DNA of 64,000 nucleotides from Candidatus Multivoradales bacterium (GTDB lineage Bacteria; Acidobacteriota; Thermoanaerobaculia; Multivoradales; JAHEKO01): NCBI GenBank assembly GCA_965223855.1, contig CBDCXM010000008.1, positions 32,001 to 96,000 of the forward strand, read 5' to 3'. Shown piece by piece: positions 60,160 to 64,000 of this stretch (position 1 is its first letter; each line of letters starts with the position of its first letter). The notes under the pieces were generated by a model. It saw only the letters and a program-made list of their open reading frames with translations, ran no database searches and was not told where the DNA came from. The position numbers and the translations under genes were made by a program.

Positions 60160-60194
60160 GATAGACCGAAGAAAAAGAGGCTCGCGCCTCCTCG

Positions 60195-60226
60195 TTATGC
60201 TAAATCCGAGCATAAACGGATGTCAA
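60195..60226 (-). promoter_or_regulatory. nadABC promoter overlapped by the distal NadQ operator
   Basis: TTGACA-N18-TAGCAT on the minus strand. Palindrome TTATGCTAAATCCGAGCATAA at 60195-60215. Confidence 0.8.
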
Positions 60227-60266
60227 CCCCTCCCGCGAGCCACTCCGGGAATCTCGACTGACGCTC

Positions 60267-61166
60267 TCAGCGAGCGCTGGCCGCGGGCAGACCGACCCCG
60301 GGGGCGGGCCGTTCTCGCACGACCTCGGGGCGGAAGCGAAACAGCTCGGCCGGCCGGCCGCCGGTGTGACTGTCGTGAGTCCCGGTCCCCTCCACCAGCC
60401 CTCCCCGCTGTACGAGGCGCCTGAAGTTCTGCTTGTGAAGCCGGCTGCCCGCGAGAGCTTCCGCGGCGCGTTGCAGTTGGAAGAGCGTGAAGGTCTCCGG
60501 TAGCAGCTCGAAGATCACCGGGCGGTAGCGGATCTTCCCTCGCACCCGCCCCAGCGCGGTCGCCAGCATCCGACGGTGATCGAGCGCCATCAGGCGGCCG
60601 GCTGCACGACCGGCAATCGACCCCGGCCCCACGAGGCCCGCTTCGTAGAGCAGTTCGAAGCGCTCGAGCACACGCTCGGTGTCCCACGGTGCGCCGTCGA
60701 GGCCGAAAGCGACGGCGCACCGTCCAGCTTCGCCACCGGGTCTGTCGCTCAGCCGCCAGCGCTCGAGGCCGGGTTTCAGATGCCGCGCCAGCCCTGCGGG
60801 CTCACCGTCCCGCCAGTCCTCCCACGGCAGGAACTCGTAGATCGACTTCCAAGCAGCCCCCGGCAGGGGAACCGGCTGCTCGCGGCCCAGCGCCAGATAG
60901 ACAACCGACACCAGCCGCCGGTCCGGTGACGCTGCGCGGTCGCGGTCTCCGAAAGTGTAGAGCTGCTCGACATAGCCGAGCTCGAGTCCCGTCTGCTCGC
61001 TCACCCAGGAGCGAAGACCCCGCTCGAGAGTCCTGTGCGCCTCGGCTTCTAGCGGCCCATTTGGAAGCGCCGGGTCGTCGCCGCGATCGATCACCAGCAC
61101 CCTCGGCTCGTCGTCGGTGACGGCGAGCCAGACCGCGGTCAGGTCGACCGCGAACGCCCGGCTCAT
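60267..61166 (-). CDS. nadQ: NAD biosynthesis repressor (Nudix-like + wHTH, NadQ/NrtR family)
   Basis: 'HRTLERGLRSWV..QTGLELGYVEQLYTFGDR', 'DHRRMLATAL', 'LHKQNFRR' and 'TGGRPAELFRF'. Directly upstream of nadA. Confidence 0.85.
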   Translation of the reverse strand: MSRAFAVDLTAVWLAVTDDEPRVLVIDRGDDPALPNGPLEAEAHRTLERGLRSWVSEQTGLELGYVEQLYTFGDRDRAASPDRRLVSVVYLALGREQPVPLPGAAWKSIYEFLPWEDWRDGEPAGLARHLKPGLERWRLSDRPGGEAGRCAVAFGLDGAPWDTERVLERFELLYEAGLVGPGSIAGRAAGRLMALDHRRMLATALGRVRGKIRYRPVIFELLPETFTLFQLQRAAEALAGSRLHKQNFRRLVQRGGLVEGTGTHDSHTGGRPAELFRFRPEVVRERPAPGVGLPAASAR

Positions 61167-61870
61167 GCCTCGCCCCACTCGACCTTCCGGTCGAAGACAT
61201 CAGCGAAGTGACCTGCGACCCGCCGCGCCAGCTCGGGCAGATCGGGTGCGCTTCCAAGGAGCCGCTCGATCGAGATCATCCGAACGCCCTCGAGGCCGCA
61301 GGCGACGATTCCCTGGTAGTGCTCGAGATCGGTAGAGACGTTGAGCGCAAAGCCGTGGAGCGTCACCCACTTGCGCAGGTGCACCCCGATCGAGGCGATT
61401 TTCGACCCGCCCACCCATACCCCCACCTCGGACCCCGAGCGCCCCTCGGCCTCGATCCCGAACTCGCCGAGGGTGCGAACGAGCACGGACTCGAGGTCGC
61501 CGACATAGCGCCTCACGTCACGCCGATCGGGATTGAGATCGATGATCGGATAGCCGACGAGCTGACCGGGTCCGTGGTAGGTCACCTGGCCGCCGCGACT
61601 ACTCTCGTGAACCTCCACTCCCCGCGTCTCGAGCCAGGCTGCGGGAGCCAGCACGTCGGCGGCGTTGGCGTTGCGCCCGAGCGTGAAGACCGGCTCGTGC
61701 TCGAGCAGGAACAGCGCTTCCCGGTCTTCGCCTGCGAGCACAGCCGCCCGGCGCCTCTCCTGACGCTCTACCATCGGCAGGTAAGGCTGCCTGCCGAGGA
61801 AACCGACCTCGACCGTCCGCGCGGAACCGGCCTCGCGTCGCCAAGCGGAAGCGGGTGCGAATCCGGTCAC
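61163..61870 (-). CDS. lipB: Octanoyltransferase
   Basis: 'LEHEPVFTLG', 'RGGQVTYHGPGQLV', 'KIASIG' and 'HGFALNV...IVACG'. Confidence 0.95.
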   Translation of the reverse strand: MTGFAPASAWRREAGSARTVEVGFLGRQPYLPMVERQERRRAAVLAGEDREALFLLEHEPVFTLGRNANAADVLAPAAWLETRGVEVHESSRGGQVTYHGPGQLVGYPIIDLNPDRRDVRRYVGDLESVLVRTLGEFGIEAEGRSGSEVGVWVGGSKIASIGVHLRKWVTLHGFALNVSTDLEHYQGIVACGLEGVRMISIERLLGSAPDLPELARRVAGHFADVFDRKVEWGEA

Positions 61871-61901
61871 GGTTCACTGGGCTCGACGCACCGCGAGGCG
61901 G

Positions 61902-63275
61902 TCAGAAAGCGTCGAGTTCGCTCCAGCTCTCCTCGAGGAGACTGCGCTTGACATGGTTCATGAAGTGATCGGCATCGGCGCCGTCGACGAGACGATGGTC
62001 GTAGCTGATGCCGAAGTACGACATCGGCTTGATGACGATGGTGTCGTTGCCGTCGGCATCGGTCTCCACCACGGCCCGCTTCTCGATCGTCCCGAGACCG
62101 AGGATGGCGACCTGGGGCTGATTGATGATCGGCGTACCGAACAGCGTGCCGAACACGCCCGGGTTGGTCACCGTGAACGTGCCGCCCTTGAGTTCGTCCG
62201 GCGACAGCTTCTTCGCCCGAGCACGGTCCGCGAGATCGTTGGCGGCCTTCGCCAGACCGACGAGGTTGAGGGAATCGGCGTTGCGAATCACCGGCACCAG
62301 AAGCCCCCAGTCGAGGGCGACCGCCATGCCGATGTTGATGTCCTTCTTGTAGACGATATTCGTTCCGTCGATGGCGGCGTTGAGCTTGGGGTTGGCCTTG
62401 AGCGCTGTCGCCACCGCCTTGAAGATGAAGGGCATGTACGTCAGCTTGGTGCCGTGTTCCCGGAGGAAGCCCGACTTGGCTCTGCTGCGGGCACGATCGA
62501 CCTTGGAGAAGTCCATGTGGAAGAACGTCGTGACGTGAGCGGACGTCGCCTTCGAGTACGTCATGTGAGCTGAGGTGATCTGACGGATCTTCGACATCGG
62601 CTCGATCTCGACCCTCTCGCCCTCGACGTACGGGGGGACGTAGAAGCCCTCGGGCACCGGCCTCGACGGGCTCGCCGGCACGACCTCGGTCTGGCCCCCT
62701 CCCGCCGGCGGGGCGGCAGGTGTCGACGGGGCGGCCGCAGCGGCTCCGGCACCCGCACCCTCCGCGCCCTCGATGTGCGCAAGGATGTCCTTCTTGGTGA
62801 CCCTCCCGTGGACCCCGCTTCCAGCGACCTCGGAGATGTCGACCCCGTGCTCGGCGGCGATCTTGCGGACCACCGGGCTCGAGGCGGTGCGGACCCGCTC
62901 CCCCTCGTCGGCATCGGCCGTGGACTCTGCCCCGGCCGTCTCGGACTCTTCCTCAGCGGCCGCCGCAGAGTCCTCGCTGCCGGCGCCTGCAGGTTCGGAC
63001 TCCGCCGGAGCGGACGGAGCCGACTCGCCCCCTTCACCCGCCTCGCCGATCAGAGCGACGACCTCGTTCACGGCGATCGTGTCGCCCTCGTTTCCCCGAA
63101 CCTCGAGCAGCACGCCCGCGGCCGGGCTCGGAATCTCGGCGTCGACCTTGTCGGTCGAGATCTCGAAGAGCGGCTGATCCCGCTCGACGCTGTCTCCGAC
63201 CTTGACGAGCCAGCGGGTGATCGTCCCCTCGGCGATCGACTCGCCCATCTGCGGCATCAGAACTTCGGTAGACAT
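61902..63275 (-). CDS. 2-oxoacid dehydrogenase E2 dihydrolipoamide acyltransferase
   Basis: Lipoyl 'STDKVDAEIPSP', PSBD 'GSGVHGRVTKKD' and catalytic 'YDHRLVDG'. Confidence 0.93.
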   Translation of the reverse strand: MSTEVLMPQMGESIAEGTITRWLVKVGDSVERDQPLFEISTDKVDAEIPSPAAGVLLEVRGNEGDTIAVNEVVALIGEAGEGGESAPSAPAESEPAGAGSEDSAAAAEEESETAGAESTADADEGERVRTASSPVVRKIAAEHGVDISEVAGSGVHGRVTKKDILAHIEGAEGAGAGAAAAAPSTPAAPPAGGGQTEVVPASPSRPVPEGFYVPPYVEGERVEIEPMSKIRQITSAHMTYSKATSAHVTTFFHMDFSKVDRARSRAKSGFLREHGTKLTYMPFIFKAVATALKANPKLNAAIDGTNIVYKKDINIGMAVALDWGLLVPVIRNADSLNLVGLAKAANDLADRARAKKLSPDELKGGTFTVTNPGVFGTLFGTPIINQPQVAILGLGTIEKRAVVETDADGNDTIVIKPMSYFGISYDHRLVDGADADHFMNHVKRSLLEESWSELDAF

Positions 63276-63317
63276 CGGAATCGGATCCTCTCTGCTCTGC
63301 GATCCCTCGCAGGGCAA

Positions 63318-64000
63318 TCAGAAGTGAATCGCGTGTCCCACGGCGGCGTGTGCCGCCTCCGCCATCGCCTCGGACAGCGTCGGGTGCGCGTGAATGGTGC
63401 GGAACAGTTCCTCGGTCGTCGACTCGAGTTGGAGAGCGACGCAGGCCTCGGCGATCAGATCGGTCGCATGCGCGCCGATGATGTGCACACCGAGAAGCTG
63501 ATCGTAGCGGGTCTCGCGCACGACCTTCACGAACCCCTCGGTCTTGCCGACGATCGACGCCTTCCCGAGAGCGCTCATCGGGAACTTGCCGACCGCGACG
63601 TCGTCGTACTGCTCACGGGCGGCTGCCTCGGTGAGGCCCACGCTGCCCACTTCGGGCTCGCAGTAGGTCACCGACGGGACGCGCCCGTAATCGAGCGGTC
63701 TCGCCTTCTCGCCGGCCATGTGCTCCGCCGCCACGATCCCCTCCGCCGAAGCGACATGGGCGAGCCACGGTGTGGGCACGACGTCGCCGATCGCGTAGAT
63801 GTTGGGTACGGTGGTCTGCAGATACTCGTTGACCGGTACGTAGCCGCGGTCGAGCTCGATCCCGAGCGCCTCGAGGCCGAGACCCGCCGTCACCGGAGCT
63901 CGGCCGACGGCGATCAGCAGGTGAGTCGCCGCCACCGTGTCCTCCATGCCCTCTCCGGTGATGCGCGCCGCGACGCCGCTCGTCGTCGTCTGCACCTCCT
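63318..64000 (-). CDS. lpdA: Dihydrolipoamide dehydrogenase E3, N-terminus outside the window
   Basis: 'IYAIGDV', 'LAHVASAEG' and 'HAHPTLSE'. Confidence 0.93.
   Translation of the reverse strand, partial: EVQTTTSGVAARITGEGMEDTVAATHLLIAVGRAPVTAGLGLEALGIELDRGYVPVNEYLQTTVPNIYAIGDVVPTPWLAHVASAEGIVAAEHMAGEKARPLDYGRVPSVTYCEPEVGSVGLTEAAAREQYDDVAVGKFPMSALGKASIVGKTEGFVKVVRETRYDQLLGVHIIGAHATDLIAEACVALQLESTTEELFRTIHAHPTLSEAMAEAAHAAVGHAIHF

Overview
High-GC bacterial chromosomal window. Gene content and synteny suggest Acidobacteriota, possibly Thermoanaerobaculia (inference only). Most of it is housekeeping: 2-oxoacid dehydrogenase E1/E2/E3 with lipA/lipB, 2-oxoacid:ferredoxin oxidoreductase, nadQ-nadABC with two NadQ operators, peptidoglycan enzymes, xerD, recN, coaD and tsaC. 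Three accessory signalling or peptide modules stand out, each built around small ORFs that the supplied ORF track misses or mis-starts. (1) At 7.29-7.94 kb, three tandem paralogous 56-57 aa signal-peptide-bearing genes share an invariant 25-aa acidic core (GFLARPSDYIDEKGDTGDDEPPAPL). They lie between a sigma-54 activator carrying a catalytically dead but I-site-intact GGDEF domain and a beta-propeller-sensor diguanylate cyclase plus a GGDEF-EAL protein. This is a candidate peptide-to-c-di-GMP-to-sigma54 circuit. (2) At 13.45-16.49 kb, a convergent RiPP cluster has an S26-like peptidase with Cys in place of the catalytic Ser, an HprK-related kinase, a PqqD/RRE, a radical SAM enzyme and an unannotated 52-54 aa YxxP-leader precursor. 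(3) At 44.75-49.94 kb, an ECF sigma / membrane anti-sigma / lipoprotein TPR-CHAT protease module has a convergent 20-aa acidic micropeptide. Other points: an orphan BoxB-like diiron enzyme, two single-base homopolymer frameshifts (likely assembly errors), a probable CTG start codon and many leaderless genes. No rRNA, tRNA, CRISPR array or transposase was recognised.
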